Shown: piece after piece, positions 9,087 through 18,111 of the stretch | Layout: every line of letters begins with the position of its first letter | How positions within the stretch are numbered: the stretch's first letter is position 1 | NCBI GenBank assembly: GCA_021158055.1 | Contig: JAGGVJ010000010.1 | Location: 1-33,989 of the forward strand | DNA length: 33,989 bases | Direction: 5' to 3' | DNA from: Candidatus Iainarchaeum sp. | Lineage (GTDB): Archaea; Iainarchaeota; Iainarchaeia; JAGGVJ01 | The notes under the pieces: generated by a model | Databases searched by the model: none | Told to the model about the DNA's origin: nothing | What the model saw: the letters and a program-made list of their open reading frames with translations, nothing else | Translations under genes and position numbers: made by a program

Positions 9087-10082
9087 TCAGCTTCGCCACG
9101 GGACTTCAACGGCATCTGTTCTCCAATTAGAAATAGGTTGGGATTCTTTAATGGGTGTCTGAAACCCGCTTTTCAGGGCGAGGATTCCGGTCCATGCAAT
9201 CATCGCACCGTTGTCGCCCAAAGTAAAATCAGGGGGAACCGCAAACCTGCAGCCCCGCTCTTTCGCCATCACGGAAAGCTTTTCCCGCAGTCTTTTCGAG
9301 CGCCCGACCCCTCCCGTAAGCAAAAGCTCTGTTTTGCCTGTGTGGGAAAGCGCTCTTTCCGCGGCTTCGGCAAGCATGCAAAACGCGGTTTCCTCAAGTG
9401 AAAAACACACGTCTTCAAGAGTGTTTTCTTTTTTTGCTGCTTGTTTCAGCGCTTCAGTTGCGAGTCCGCTGAACACAAAATCCATCCCTTTGACAGTGTA
9501 AGGCAATTCAATGAACCTTTTTCCTTTTTCCGCAAGCGCTGACACTTTCGGAAAACCCGGGTGTCCGAAACCAAGGTCTCTTGCAAAAGAATCAACAGCG
9601 TTTCCAAGGCCGACATCAAGGGTTTCGCCAAGCACTCTGTATTTTTTGTCTTCAAAAGATATTATCTGCGTGTTTCCGCCTGAAACATACACGACCACAG
9701 AATCAGACATTCCGCAAAGAAGGTTTGCTATTTCTATGTGCGCAACGCAATGGTTCACTCCTATCAAAGGAACATCAAGCAAAACGGAAATTGCTCTTGA
9801 AGCAACCGCTGTTGTTTCAAGGCACGGCCCCAATCCGGGCCCCTGGGAAAAAGCAACTGCATCAATACGGTTTCTTGATGCTTTTGACCCTTCAAAAAGC
9901 GAATTTAAAAGGTCTCCGAACGACGCGCTGATCATTTGCGCTGCTTCGCGCGGGTGGATTCCGCCGGTTTTTGTCGTGTACGTCTTTTTTTTCTCGCACA
10001 ATATGTTTCCTTTGTCGTCCACAAGGGAAAGCCCAAGGGTGTGCGCTGTTCCTTCAATTCCAAGGCAGATCATTTCAACCAA
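9087..10082 (-). CDS. kae1: tRNA t6A threonylcarbamoyltransferase Kae1 (stand-alone, no Bud32 fusion)
   Basis: LGIEGTAHT, GGIHPREAA, GPGLGPCL, NHCVAHIE, YVSGGNTQ, GETLD, DNGAMIAW; start may be the ATG at 10073. Confidence 0.95.
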   Translation of the reverse strand: MVEMICLGIEGTAHTLGLSLVDDKGNILCEKKKTYTTKTGGIHPREAAQMISASFGDLLNSLFEGSKASRNRIDAVAFSQGPGLGPCLETTAVASRAISVLLDVPLIGVNHCVAHIEIANLLCGMSDSVVVYVSGGNTQIISFEDKKYRVLGETLDVGLGNAVDSFARDLGFGHPGFPKVSALAEKGKRFIELPYTVKGMDFVFSGLATEALKQAAKKENTLEDVCFSLEETAFCMLAEAAERALSHTGKTELLLTGGVGRSKRLREKLSVMAKERGCRFAVPPDFTLGDNGAMIAWTGILALKSGFQTPIKESQPISNWRTDAVEVPWRS

Positions 10083-10112
10083 ACACGCTCAAAATTTAAT
10101 TAATCCATTGAA

Positions 10113-10688
10113 TTATAAAAGAATCACAGTTATCACAATTGCGTTGTATAGCATGTGGGCGACTATCGAAACAACCAAACTGTTTCTTTTCAGGTAGACG
10201 TAACCCAAAACAAACCCAAGCGCCATTGCACCCATCACTTCAAAGAAAGAGCCGTAAGTAATGTGGGCAAATGCAAATATAATTGATGCAAAAAGCAATC
10301 CGAGCCACTTTATTCCCGTCTTTTTGAACGTGGCTTCTTCAAGCTTTTTTGCCAGGAATCCCCTGAAAAAAATTTCTTCTGTGACAACGCGCACAAAAAG
10401 CACGTAAATCAAAAAGAGCGGTGAAAGTGATTTTATGGTTTCTGCCACGAGTTCCAGGTCATTTGAAACAAAAGAAGACAGCATAAGGGCAAGGATGATC
10501 TGCACAGCAAACATTGCCGGAACAGTCAAAATGCCGAAAAAAATGTTTTTAAAAAATGAGTTAAAATGAAGCCCAAGGTACTTAATGCTCTTTGAAAACG
10601 TTTTTTTGTTCACGTACATTAAGTAAGTCAGCGGAGTGAGAAAAAGAAGCAGATCCAAACTCAGGTTTGCAAAGATTTCAAAATACAT
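10113..10688 (-). CDS. CPBP (CAAX protease/Abi) family intramembrane metalloprotease
   Basis: EEIFFRG, FAFAH and H.LYN motifs in a hydrophobic protein. Confidence 0.9.
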   Translation of the reverse strand: MYFEIFANLSLDLLLFLTPLTYLMYVNKKTFSKSIKYLGLHFNSFFKNIFFGILTVPAMFAVQIILALMLSSFVSNDLELVAETIKSLSPLFLIYVLFVRVVTEEIFFRGFLAKKLEEATFKKTGIKWLGLLFASIIFAFAHITYGSFFEVMGAMALGFVLGYVYLKRNSLVVSIVAHMLYNAIVITVILL

Positions 10689-10703
10689 TGCAATTACTTC
10701 TTT

Positions 10704-10850
10704 TTACTTCTTTTCCATGTACCCACATTTTCCGCAGGAGCGCCTGTCTTTGTGTTCAGCCAAAAACACGCCTTCCCCGCATTTCGGGCACGGCTTGTTT
10801 TTTCTTGTCAACTGATTGTTTTCTATTGTATAACTGTCTTTTTTTGCCAC
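10704..10850 (-). CDS. rps27ae: 30S ribosomal protein S27ae (not in ORF track)
   Basis: Manual translation MAKKDSYTIENNQLTRKNKPCPKCGEGVFLAEHKDRRSCGKCGYMEKK; GTG start after AGGTGA; follows S24e. Confidence 0.93.
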   Translation of the reverse strand: MAKKDSYTIENNQLTRKNKPCPKCGEGVFLAEHKDRRSCGKCGYMEKK

Positions 10851-10867
10851 AAAATCACCTTTGATTC

Positions 10868-11260
10868 TTACTCTGATTTTTCTTTTGCTTCTTCCTTGGA
10901 TTCTTTTTCAGTTTCCTTTGCAGGGGCTTTTTTTGCTTCTTCTTTCGGAAGTTCTTTTGCCTGTTCTTTTGAGTCCTCTTTTGCTTCAAAAGTGTTTCTT
11001 TTTATTTTGTACTCGGGTTCTATTTCTTTCATGGATTCTTCCGAGTCATACACTTTTGCGTATCCGCTTGATTCTTTTTTTCCGCTTTCCTGTTTCACGT
11101 TGTCAACAATGACTCTTGAAGGGTCAGCGTTCTTCAAAGCAATTATTTTCTTTTTGACATCCAGCCTTTTCGGCGTTGCCGGGGAATCAACTACTGTAAA
11201 GTACACGTCTGTCCTGTGAAGAAGCGGGTTTTTCACTTCTCTTGTAATTTCAACGTTCAT
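10868..11260 (-). CDS. rps24e: 30S ribosomal protein S24e with charged tail
   Basis: NPLLHRT, ATPKR, GYAKVY motifs; GAGGTGA SD. Confidence 0.93.
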   Translation of the reverse strand: MNVEITREVKNPLLHRTDVYFTVVDSPATPKRLDVKKKIIALKNADPSRVIVDNVKQESGKKESSGYAKVYDSEESMKEIEPEYKIKRNTFEAKEDSKEQAKELPKEEAKKAPAKETEKESKEEAKEKSE

Positions 11261-11273
11261 TTTTTCACCTCAA

Positions 11274-11345
11274 TTTACTTCAACTTACCTGCTCAACAGT
11301 TTACTTCAACTTACCTGCTCAACAGTTTACTTCAACTTACCTGCT
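11274..11345 (+). repeat. 26-nt tandem repeat x2.8 filling the spt4-S24e spacer
   Basis: TTTACTTCAACTTACCTGCTCAACAG at 11274 and 11300, partial at 11326 including the spt4 stop codon. Confidence 0.93.
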
Positions 11346-11531
11346 GAGCCTGATGGCATATTTGCCTGGTATTTCAATGTTTAATTCTTTGGATATCTCT
11401 GATTTTTCAGGATCAATGATTGAAACAAACCCTCTCCAGTATTCTGTGAGGTTCGTGCTTTTGCAAACAGGGCACACATTGCTATCTGCAACAAGCCTGT
11501 GGCAGTCCTTGCAGGCCTTTATCTTGCTCAT
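11337..11531 (-). CDS. spt4: Transcription elongation factor Spt4 (RpoE2/E'')
   Basis: KACKDC..CPVC..W.G...IIDPEKSEI..PGKYA. Confidence 0.93.
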   Translation of the reverse strand: MSKIKACKDCHRLVADSNVCPVCKSTNLTEYWRGFVSIIDPEKSEISKELNIEIPGKYAIRLSR

Positions 11532-12586
11532 TTCTTTTCACCGCCTTTTGTTTTCTGTTCTTCATCTTTCTCTTCAGCAACATTTTGGATTTCAGCGGGT
11601 TCCTTTTCCTGCAGTTCAACAGGTCCCTTCACTCCCACATCAACAGATTCCACCACTTTTACTTCAGCAGATTCCTTCACTCCCACATCAGTAGACTCCT
11701 TCACTTTTACTTCAGCGGGTTCCTTCACTCCCACATCAACAGATTCCACCACTTTTACTTCAGCAGGTTCCTTCACTTCCACATCAGTAGACTCCTTCAC
11801 TTTTACTTCAGCAGATTCCTTCACTTCCACATCAGTAGACTCCTTCACTTTTACTTCAGCAGATTCCTTTTCCTGCAATTCAACAGGTTCCTTCACTTCC
11901 GCCTCGGTTGAATCCTTGGGTTTTTCCTCTGCTGTTTTTTCAGCAACTGTTTCTTCAGCAGCAGGTTCTTCAGATTCACCTTCTTTCTGCTCTTTTATTT
12001 CTGCTCTCAAGTTTACCCTGAGTTCGGAAGGAACAGATGCTGTCTTCAAAGCTGTTTTACCTGACCATTCGCTTTTGCCAAGGCACGGTTGCCTCATGGT
12101 CAAACCGATTTTGCTTTCCGAAAGCATTTTCTTTAACGAAATCGAAACTATTCTTGACTTCACAATGTCCCCCACAGCAAGCATCTTGTTTGAATCTTTT
12201 GCCACAAGCATTGTTTTTTGCGGGTCATAGCTTATGAACTCGTCCATGAGCTGTGAAACGTGAACAAGCCCTTCAATTGGACCTATCCTCACAAATGCCC
12301 CGAATTCAAGTATTTCTGAAACGCGGCCGTCAACAACTTCCTGCAGTTCAGGAAGGTAAGTAAGCGCTTCAAAAACAATGTGATAATAAGCGCTTCCGTC
12401 TCCCGGAACCACAACTCCTTCACCGATTTCCTTAACAGCATTTATGCTTAAGATAATACCGTGGTCTTCATCAAAAATCCCTTCATACCTGTTTCTCAAC
12501 AATTCAAGAGACACTTCTTTTATGTCATCGCCAAACTTTCTTGGAGGAATTCCAATCGTGTCCATCACTGAAATCAATTTATACAT
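11528..12586 (-). CDS. rpoE1: RNA polymerase subunit E' (Rpo7) with long repetitive acidic C-terminal extension
   Basis: IPPRKFG, GDGSAY, FGAFVRIGPIEGLVHVSQ, KIGLTMRQP.LGK.EW; start set at ATG 12586 behind a GAGGT SD. Confidence 0.93.
   Translation of the reverse strand: MYKLISVMDTIGIPPRKFGDDIKEVSLELLRNRYEGIFDEDHGIILSINAVKEIGEGVVVPGDGSAYYHIVFEALTYLPELQEVVDGRVSEILEFGAFVRIGPIEGLVHVSQLMDEFISYDPQKTMLVAKDSNKMLAVGDIVKSRIVSISLKKMLSESKIGLTMRQPCLGKSEWSGKTALKTASVPSELRVNLRAEIKEQKEGESEEPAAEETVAEKTAEEKPKDSTEAEVKEPVELQEKESAEVKVKESTDVEVKESAEVKVKESTDVEVKEPAEVKVVESVDVGVKEPAEVKVKESTDVGVKESAEVKVVESVDVGVKGPVELQEKEPAEIQNVAEEKDEEQKTKGGEKK
11585..11900 (+). repeat. Degenerate 24/48-nt tandem repeats encoding VKESTDVEVKESAEVK-like units in RpoE1 tail
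   Basis: Repeated TCCTTCACT..ACATCA.. / TTTACTTCAGC units; boundaries approximate. Confidence 0.85.
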
Positions 12587-12690
12587 TTGCTCGACCTCAA
12601 TTGTTTGTTTCAATTGCCTGTTAATTCAACTAATATCAAACGTTTTTTTACTGCATTTAAATTTTAGAACATTTAAACCTTTATCTTTTG

Positions 12691-13110
12691 TTATTCTATC
12701 TCAATAAACTTTTTCGAACGCAAAAAAGCACATCTTATTCCTTTTTTCCTTAATTTTGCGCGAAGCTCTTTATCATTTGTCGCTACAATCCCGTGCATTT
12801 CCAAAGCATATTGAATGATTGCGTCATCTGTGGGTCCAAAAAACATTTTCGGCCCGTCTAAGGCAACAACGTCTTCTTTTTTCATTATTTTTCTTGTAAG
12901 CTCAACTATTTTTTTGTATTTCGGAGACTTAGCTGAAATCTTTTCAAGTTCTTCCTCTACTGCACCTATTGTCACAAACCTTGTTTTTGAGGACAGTTTT
13001 TGTTTTATCTGCGTGAAAACATCAATCCCAAATTGAGCCGGCACAAGAAGCATGTTTGTGTCAAAAATCACAACCAAAGCGCCGGGTTCAGCCGACGACA
13101 CCATAACCAA
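12691..13110 (-). CDS. PIN-domain protein (archaeal Fcf1/Utp24-like)
   Basis: VIFDTN, TDDAII, VATNDKELR motifs; conserved position downstream of aIF2-gamma. Confidence 0.88.
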   Translation of the reverse strand: MVMVSSAEPGALVVIFDTNMLLVPAQFGIDVFTQIKQKLSSKTRFVTIGAVEEELEKISAKSPKYKKIVELTRKIMKKEDVVALDGPKMFFGPTDDAIIQYALEMHGIVATNDKELRAKLRKKGIRCAFLRSKKFIEIE

Positions 13111-14383
13111 TAAGCCTCCACCGGTTGTTTACTCTCTTGCTTAAGGCAACCTTGCTACCTTCTTCAACACACACAGATCTCTTTAATGCGATTTCTGCTT
13201 CATCGCCCCTGATTGACAGAATTGTTCCCACTGAAACAGCAGTTCCAACTGATACCACAAGCGGTTCGTTCACGAAAAGTTTTAGTGCGGAATCTGCCGA
13301 AACACCGACCACTCTTTTCAGCATAGTTATCTTCAGGGAAAGCTTGTCTTTGTTTTCAGGCAAAGTGCCTGGGTGCCCGAGCAAGCTGCCTATAAGATTG
13401 TCTGCTTTTGAAATGAACGGGTCAAGGGTTGTGCCTATTGCAATCAGACCTCCGGGAGACACTGATTCAAGCTGGCCTTCTCTTATCCCTAAAGTGACAA
13501 TTTTTGTGGTTATAGGTTCCCACACTTCTTTATTGCTCACGGTTTTTTTGAATCCCGGTTTTATTTCTACTTCGTCGCCTACTTTCAGTGTTCCTGAAAT
13601 AAGCGATCCGCCAATCACACTCCCAATGAGATCAATGGCTTTTTTGCCCGGCTTATTGATGTCAAACGAGCGCGCCACATACATTCTGGCGCTTTTGGAA
13701 GAATCCCTTTTCGGGTTTGGAATGTATTTTTCAACTGCTTCAATCAAGGCATCAATATTTGTTCCAAAATGAGCTGCCATCGGAATTATCGGAACGTCTT
13801 TGTAACCGAATTTGTTGAGAAATTCCCTTATTTGCTCGTGGCTTTTTTTTGCTTCTTCAACTGACACGAGATCTATCTTGTTTTGCACCACGACGATGTT
13901 TTCGACACCTGTCACGCTTAAAGCCATTAAATGTTCTTCTGTTTGCGGCTGCGGGCAGGTTTCGTTTGCAGCAACTACAAGCACTGCCCCGTCCATTAAT
14001 GCTGCTCCGGAAAGCATGGTTGCCATGAGTGTTTCGTGACCCGGAGAGTCAACAAATGACACTTTTCGAAGCATTTCTGTCTGCGTTCCGCACACAGGGC
14101 ATTTTTTTTCAATTGTGAATGCCTGGGTTCCGCTGCACTTGGGGCATTTTCTGAAAACCGAGTCAGCGTACCCGAGTTTTATTGATATTCCTCTTTTGAG
14201 TTCTTCTGAATGCTGGTCAGTCCATACTCCAGTAAGTGCTTTTGTAAGGGTTGTTTTTCCGTGGTCAACATGGCCGATCATTCCAATGTTTATCCCAGCC
14301 TGCCTCGGCTTAACATCTTCTTTTTCCGGCTTTTTCGTTTTCTTGGCAGAAACTGCCTCTTGTTTTTTTGTTTTTTCAGGCAT
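13088..14383 (-). CDS. eif2g: Translation initiation factor aIF2 gamma subunit
   Basis: GHVDHGKTT, HSEELKRGISIKLGYA, Zn knuckle, DSPGHE, QNKID, RWRLIGYG; start uncertain (14383 or 14413). Confidence 0.96.
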   Translation of the reverse strand: MPEKTKKQEAVSAKKTKKPEKEDVKPRQAGINIGMIGHVDHGKTTLTKALTGVWTDQHSEELKRGISIKLGYADSVFRKCPKCSGTQAFTIEKKCPVCGTQTEMLRKVSFVDSPGHETLMATMLSGAALMDGAVLVVAANETCPQPQTEEHLMALSVTGVENIVVVQNKIDLVSVEEAKKSHEQIREFLNKFGYKDVPIIPMAAHFGTNIDALIEAVEKYIPNPKRDSSKSARMYVARSFDINKPGKKAIDLIGSVIGGSLISGTLKVGDEVEIKPGFKKTVSNKEVWEPITTKIVTLGIREGQLESVSPGGLIAIGTTLDPFISKADNLIGSLLGHPGTLPENKDKLSLKITMLKRVVGVSADSALKLFVNEPLVVSVGTAVSVGTILSIRGDEAEIALKRSVCVEEGSKVALSKRVNNRWRLIGYGVVG

Positions 14384-14396
14384 TTTTCTCAAATCT

Positions 14397-15116
14397 TTAT
14401 TTTTTATCATCACTTATTTCTTTCTTTTCCTCTGCAGGCGCTTCATTCTTTTCCTCTGCAGGCGCTTCATTCTTTTCCTCTGCAGGCGCTTCATTCTTTT
14501 CCTCTGCAGGAACTTCTTTTGACTCCTCTTCAGCCCCTTCCTTCTTCTCTTCTACATGCACATCTTCTGCTTTCTCTTTCACTTCTTCCTTCGGAACTTC
14601 CTTTTTTTCTTCTGAAGGAACTTCTTCTTTTGGAACTTCTTTAACTTCTTCTTTTGGAACTTCTTTAACTTCTTCTTTCACTTCTTCCTTCACATCTTCT
14701 TTTGGAACTTCCTTTGCTTCCTCTTTCGGAGCCTCTTCTGTTCCTGTTATTCCGAGAAGTGACGCGATTGTTTTCTTGCCTTCTTCAACAACTTTTGTGT
14801 TGAGCTGTTCCGTATCAATTGAAACAACTTCCCCTCTCAGGCTTTTCCTGCGCCTCAAACCGTGTCTTTTCGGGTTGAAACCGACTCCGCCTGAAATAAG
14901 CACTTTTTTTCTTGCCGCACCGTGAAGGTTTTTCCTCATCGGAAATCCCTGTTTGTCCGAACCACCGGTTATCTGCAGGCTGTAACCCGGAAGCCCCACG
15001 GGGGTAGCGTCAACTTTGTCACCTATTTTCCTGTTCACAAAAGCAACTGACTTTTCACTGTCAATCTCTGTCTGGTAAGTTTTACCTTCTTTCGGGTTTC
15101 CGATAATCAATTTCAC
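14397..15116 (-). CDS. rps6e: 30S ribosomal protein S6e with long acidic repeat tail
   Basis: LQITGGSDKQGFPM and GLRRRKSLRG motifs; EEVKEVPK and EEKNEAPA repeats. Confidence 0.95.
   Translation of the reverse strand: MKLIIGNPKEGKTYQTEIDSEKSVAFVNRKIGDKVDATPVGLPGYSLQITGGSDKQGFPMRKNLHGAARKKVLISGGVGFNPKRHGLRRRKSLRGEVVSIDTEQLNTKVVEEGKKTIASLLGITGTEEAPKEEAKEVPKEDVKEEVKEEVKEVPKEEVKEVPKEEVPSEEKKEVPKEEVKEKAEDVHVEEKKEGAEEESKEVPAEEKNEAPAEEKNEAPAEEKNEAPAEEKKEISDDKK
14422..14510 (+). repeat. Perfect 24-nt tandem repeat x3.7 in S6e tail
   Basis: TTCTTTTCCTCTGCAGGCGCTTCA at 14422, 14446, 14470, partial at 14494. Confidence 0.95.
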
Positions 15117-16876
15117 TGTAAATCACCTTTTCTTTTTTTCTTTGCCTCTTCCAATAACTCAATGTCTTCAGGACTTATCAAATCCTTGAATTCAAAAAAC
15201 ATTGATTTTTCCTGCTCTGCAGGAATATAATTGTAAAGCTCGTCTCCCTCGTGTATCTGCCTGCCGACAGTCACACCGTCAATACTGACAGCAACCTGAG
15301 CGCCGACACCCGCTTCATCAACTGTTTCTTGCCTTATCTGAATGAGTTTTATTTTCCCGACCATTTTACCGTCGGGTTTAGCCAGAAAATAATTCGGTTT
15401 TATTCTTCCGGCAAGCACTTCAACGCCGACTATGGCAGGTTTGCTTGCGCGAAAAACTGTTCCCGGAATCAGCTTTATTTTGCCTGGAAGAGTAAGTTTT
15501 GAAAGCTGTTCTTCCCTTTCTTTTGCCTTTTCCTCTTTCAGCCAAACTTCATATGACTCCACTAAATTATAGACCACATCTTCTTTAAATAACTTTACAC
15601 CGCGCGCTTCTGCTTCTTTTATCACTGAATCGTCAACCGGAACATTGAATGCAAAAATAATTCCCTTATACCTATCCGACTCCATAATTGTTTCCGCTTC
15701 AAACACCTCTTTTTTAGTCACACGCCCGATATCTGCCCTTCTCAGCGACAGGCCGATATCTTTGAAAAGCACCGCGATCGCTTCAAGGCTTCCGAGAGTA
15801 TCGGCTTTGAGTATGGGACCGATTGACTGGTTGTCAACCCTGACCTCACCAACTTCTGCCTCTACTTTTTTCATGGTCTCTTTCAGGTTTTCACTGTCTG
15901 CCACGTAAACAGGCGCTCCTGCAACGGCTTCCTCAAGCCCGGGAGCTGCAATCTTCACACCCGACGCCGCGTGGACGCTTTGCATATTAAGGAATTTTTC
16001 CTTTGAATCACGTATTTCTTCAAGAGGCTTTGGCTTCAAAAGCGCTTTTACTTTCGCGGTTCCGCAACCGCTCATTGCACCAAAGACGATTGTGTCCCCT
16101 CTTTCAATCTTCCCGTTGTAAAGAATCACATCAATTGTTTTTCCAAGGCCCTTCTCTTCCTTGACCTCAAGAATCGTGCCTTCCCCTGCATCTGTTTCGT
16201 GGGCTTCAAGTTTTTCCTGCATGAATTTTTGGGAAAGCCCTGCAAGAAACATCAGCAACTCTGAAATCCCTTCCCCTGTTTTTGCGCTCACAGGGACCAC
16301 AAGAACCTCTTTTGTGAAATCGTTTACATCACAGTAAATATTTGAATTTATGCCGTGCTCGCTCAGCTTCCCGACAAGCTCATACAGCTTTGTCTCAAGA
16401 AACGCCTGCGTATCCTGTCTTTGAGCCGCTTTTGACTCTGAAAAACACGTGGTGTCCTGGGATTTCCACCCTGTCAGGACATCAACCTTGTTTGCGGCGA
16501 CTATGAAAGGCGTCTTGTGGTGCCGGAGTATTTCAAGGGCTTCAATTGTCTGCGGCTGCAGTCCCTGGTTTATGTCAACCACAAGCACCGCGATGTCTGC
16601 AACGCTTCCCCCGCGTCTCCGAAGGTTTGAAAAAGCCGCGTGACCCGGAGTGTCAATGAATAATAACCCGGGAATTTCAAGGCCGATTCCGAACGAATCC
16701 ATCAGCTTGCCGCAAATGTCTTTTATTTTCTGCAGCGGCACTTCCGTGGCGCCGACGTGCTGAGTTATCCTCCCTGCTTCCTTTTCCGCAAGCCTGCTGC
16801 TCCTGATAAAATCAAGAAGCGTTGTCTTGCCGTGGTCGACGTGACCCATTACCGTGACTATTGGCTGCCGAATCAT
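15113..16876 (-). CDS. infB: Translation initiation factor aIF5B (IF-2)
   Basis: MIRQPIVTVMGHVDHGKTT, ITQHVGA, DTPGH, NKVD, DTLGSLEA; start set to ATG 16876. Confidence 0.96.
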   Translation of the reverse strand: MIRQPIVTVMGHVDHGKTTLLDFIRSSRLAEKEAGRITQHVGATEVPLQKIKDICGKLMDSFGIGLEIPGLLFIDTPGHAAFSNLRRRGGSVADIAVLVVDINQGLQPQTIEALEILRHHKTPFIVAANKVDVLTGWKSQDTTCFSESKAAQRQDTQAFLETKLYELVGKLSEHGINSNIYCDVNDFTKEVLVVPVSAKTGEGISELLMFLAGLSQKFMQEKLEAHETDAGEGTILEVKEEKGLGKTIDVILYNGKIERGDTIVFGAMSGCGTAKVKALLKPKPLEEIRDSKEKFLNMQSVHAASGVKIAAPGLEEAVAGAPVYVADSENLKETMKKVEAEVGEVRVDNQSIGPILKADTLGSLEAIAVLFKDIGLSLRRADIGRVTKKEVFEAETIMESDRYKGIIFAFNVPVDDSVIKEAEARGVKLFKEDVVYNLVESYEVWLKEEKAKEREEQLSKLTLPGKIKLIPGTVFRASKPAIVGVEVLAGRIKPNYFLAKPDGKMVGKIKLIQIRQETVDEAGVGAQVAVSIDGVTVGRQIHEGDELYNYIPAEQEKSMFFEFKDLISPEDIELLEEAKKKRKGDLQ

Positions 16877-16884
16877 TTTTTCCC

Positions 16885-17406
16885 TCAGTCGGTGTTTTCT
16901 CCCTTGTATACACCGTTGTAAAGGTCTTTCACATTCTCTGAAAGCCTGACAAAAGCCCATTTAATTATCCTTGCGTTTTTCTTCAGCCTCAAACCATTCC
17001 CGTTATGCACATTTAAAAGAGAAGTCATTCTCCCGCAGTAACCGGGATCAACAAACCCAAGACCCATCGTGCACCCGTTTCTTACCATTGAACTCCTGGG
17101 CATTCCAAGCATCATCAGGTCAGCTGAAAGATTCACATGCTCGTTGTAGACAACACAATAAGCGCCTTTCGGCAGAAAAACCCAACCTTCACTGTCAAAC
17201 TCAAGCGGAGTGGATTTGCAGTTCACCCGCTCCTCATTTGAAAAATCAATGCTTCCCGCGCCCTCAAGCCTTTCAATCCTGTTTACCGTAAAATCTATTC
17301 CGACTTGCTGTACCTGAATATCCGCGTCAATCAAGCCGCTGACTATCGGCGGGTTTTTTTCAAGCATTTCCTTTAGCTCGACGTCTGACAAAAACAACAC
17401 AAGCAC
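16885..17406 (-). CDS. dUTPase / dCTP deaminase family protein
   Basis: GIDFTV, PRSS, VDPGYCG, YNGVY motifs; start position uncertain. Confidence 0.85.
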   Translation of the reverse strand: MLVLFLSDVELKEMLEKNPPIVSGLIDADIQVQQVGIDFTVNRIERLEGAGSIDFSNEERVNCKSTPLEFDSEGWVFLPKGAYCVVYNEHVNLSADLMMLGMPRSSMVRNGCTMGLGFVDPGYCGRMTSLLNVHNGNGLRLKKNARIIKWAFVRLSENVKDLYNGVYKGENTD

Positions 17407-17429
17407 CCTTGCAGATCAACCGTGAAAAA

Positions 17430-17996
17430 TCACTCTTTTATCACGTGTTTTTCGTCCGCGCGCTTGTAGTTGAACAATTCGTCGACGCTGAACCAAAGCG
17501 CAATTTCCTTTTCCGCTTCTTCCTTGTTACCTGAAGCATGAATAAGATTCCTGCCGCCCATTCCTTCAATTGTGCAGTGGCCCATGCTCAAGTGGGCGTA
17601 GTCCCCGCGGATCGTGCCAGCCGGTGCAACGTGAGGTGAAGTCGGGCCAACCATCTTCCTTATTGCCTTGACTGCGTGAACCCCTTCAAAAACCATTGCA
17701 ACAACAGGGCTCTCTGTCGTAAACTTGAGGAGGTCTTCCCGCGCGGATTCTCCAAGCTCTTCCCTTGTCTTGTCTGTTTCTATGCCGAATTCCTTGAAAT
17801 TGTCAAGGGACTTTCCCCCGAGAATCGGAATCATATTTGCAGGATAATGCTTTTCTGCGAAGTCACGGCTCACCCAAAGCATTTTCATGCCAACTATCTT
17901 CAACCCTCTTTTTTCAAATCTTGAAATAAGCTCTCCGATAATCCCTCTTTGAACTCCGTCCGGTTTTATTACAACAAGGCTTCTTTCAATAGTCAT
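17430..17996 (-). CDS. ndk: Nucleoside diphosphate kinase
   Basis: IKPDGVQR, GTIRGDY, NLIHAS motifs. Confidence 0.96.
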   Translation of the reverse strand: MTIERSLVVIKPDGVQRGIIGELISRFEKRGLKIVGMKMLWVSRDFAEKHYPANMIPILGGKSLDNFKEFGIETDKTREELGESAREDLLKFTTESPVVAMVFEGVHAVKAIRKMVGPTSPHVAPAGTIRGDYAHLSMGHCTIEGMGGRNLIHASGNKEEAEKEIALWFSVDELFNYKRADEKHVIKE

Positions 17997-18111
17997 TTCC
18001 TCACCTGCTTCCTTTTTGTTTTTTGTTTTTAAAATATTGCTTTAGCTGTTAAAAGTTAATAAATCCAGCTGAAAACAACTAACTAATCCTGTTTTAAACA
18101 CAGTCTGTCAG

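Noticed and set aside
11499-14925. Long + strand ORFs such as 11499-12230, 13125-13772 and 14368-14925
   Set aside because: They are antisense shadows of rpoE1, eif2g and rps6e; the S/F/T-rich content mirrors the E/K repeats.
16940-16985. Inactive dUTPase because RIxQ reads RIIK
   Set aside because: A single substitution with the other motifs intact; it cannot be judged without an alignment.
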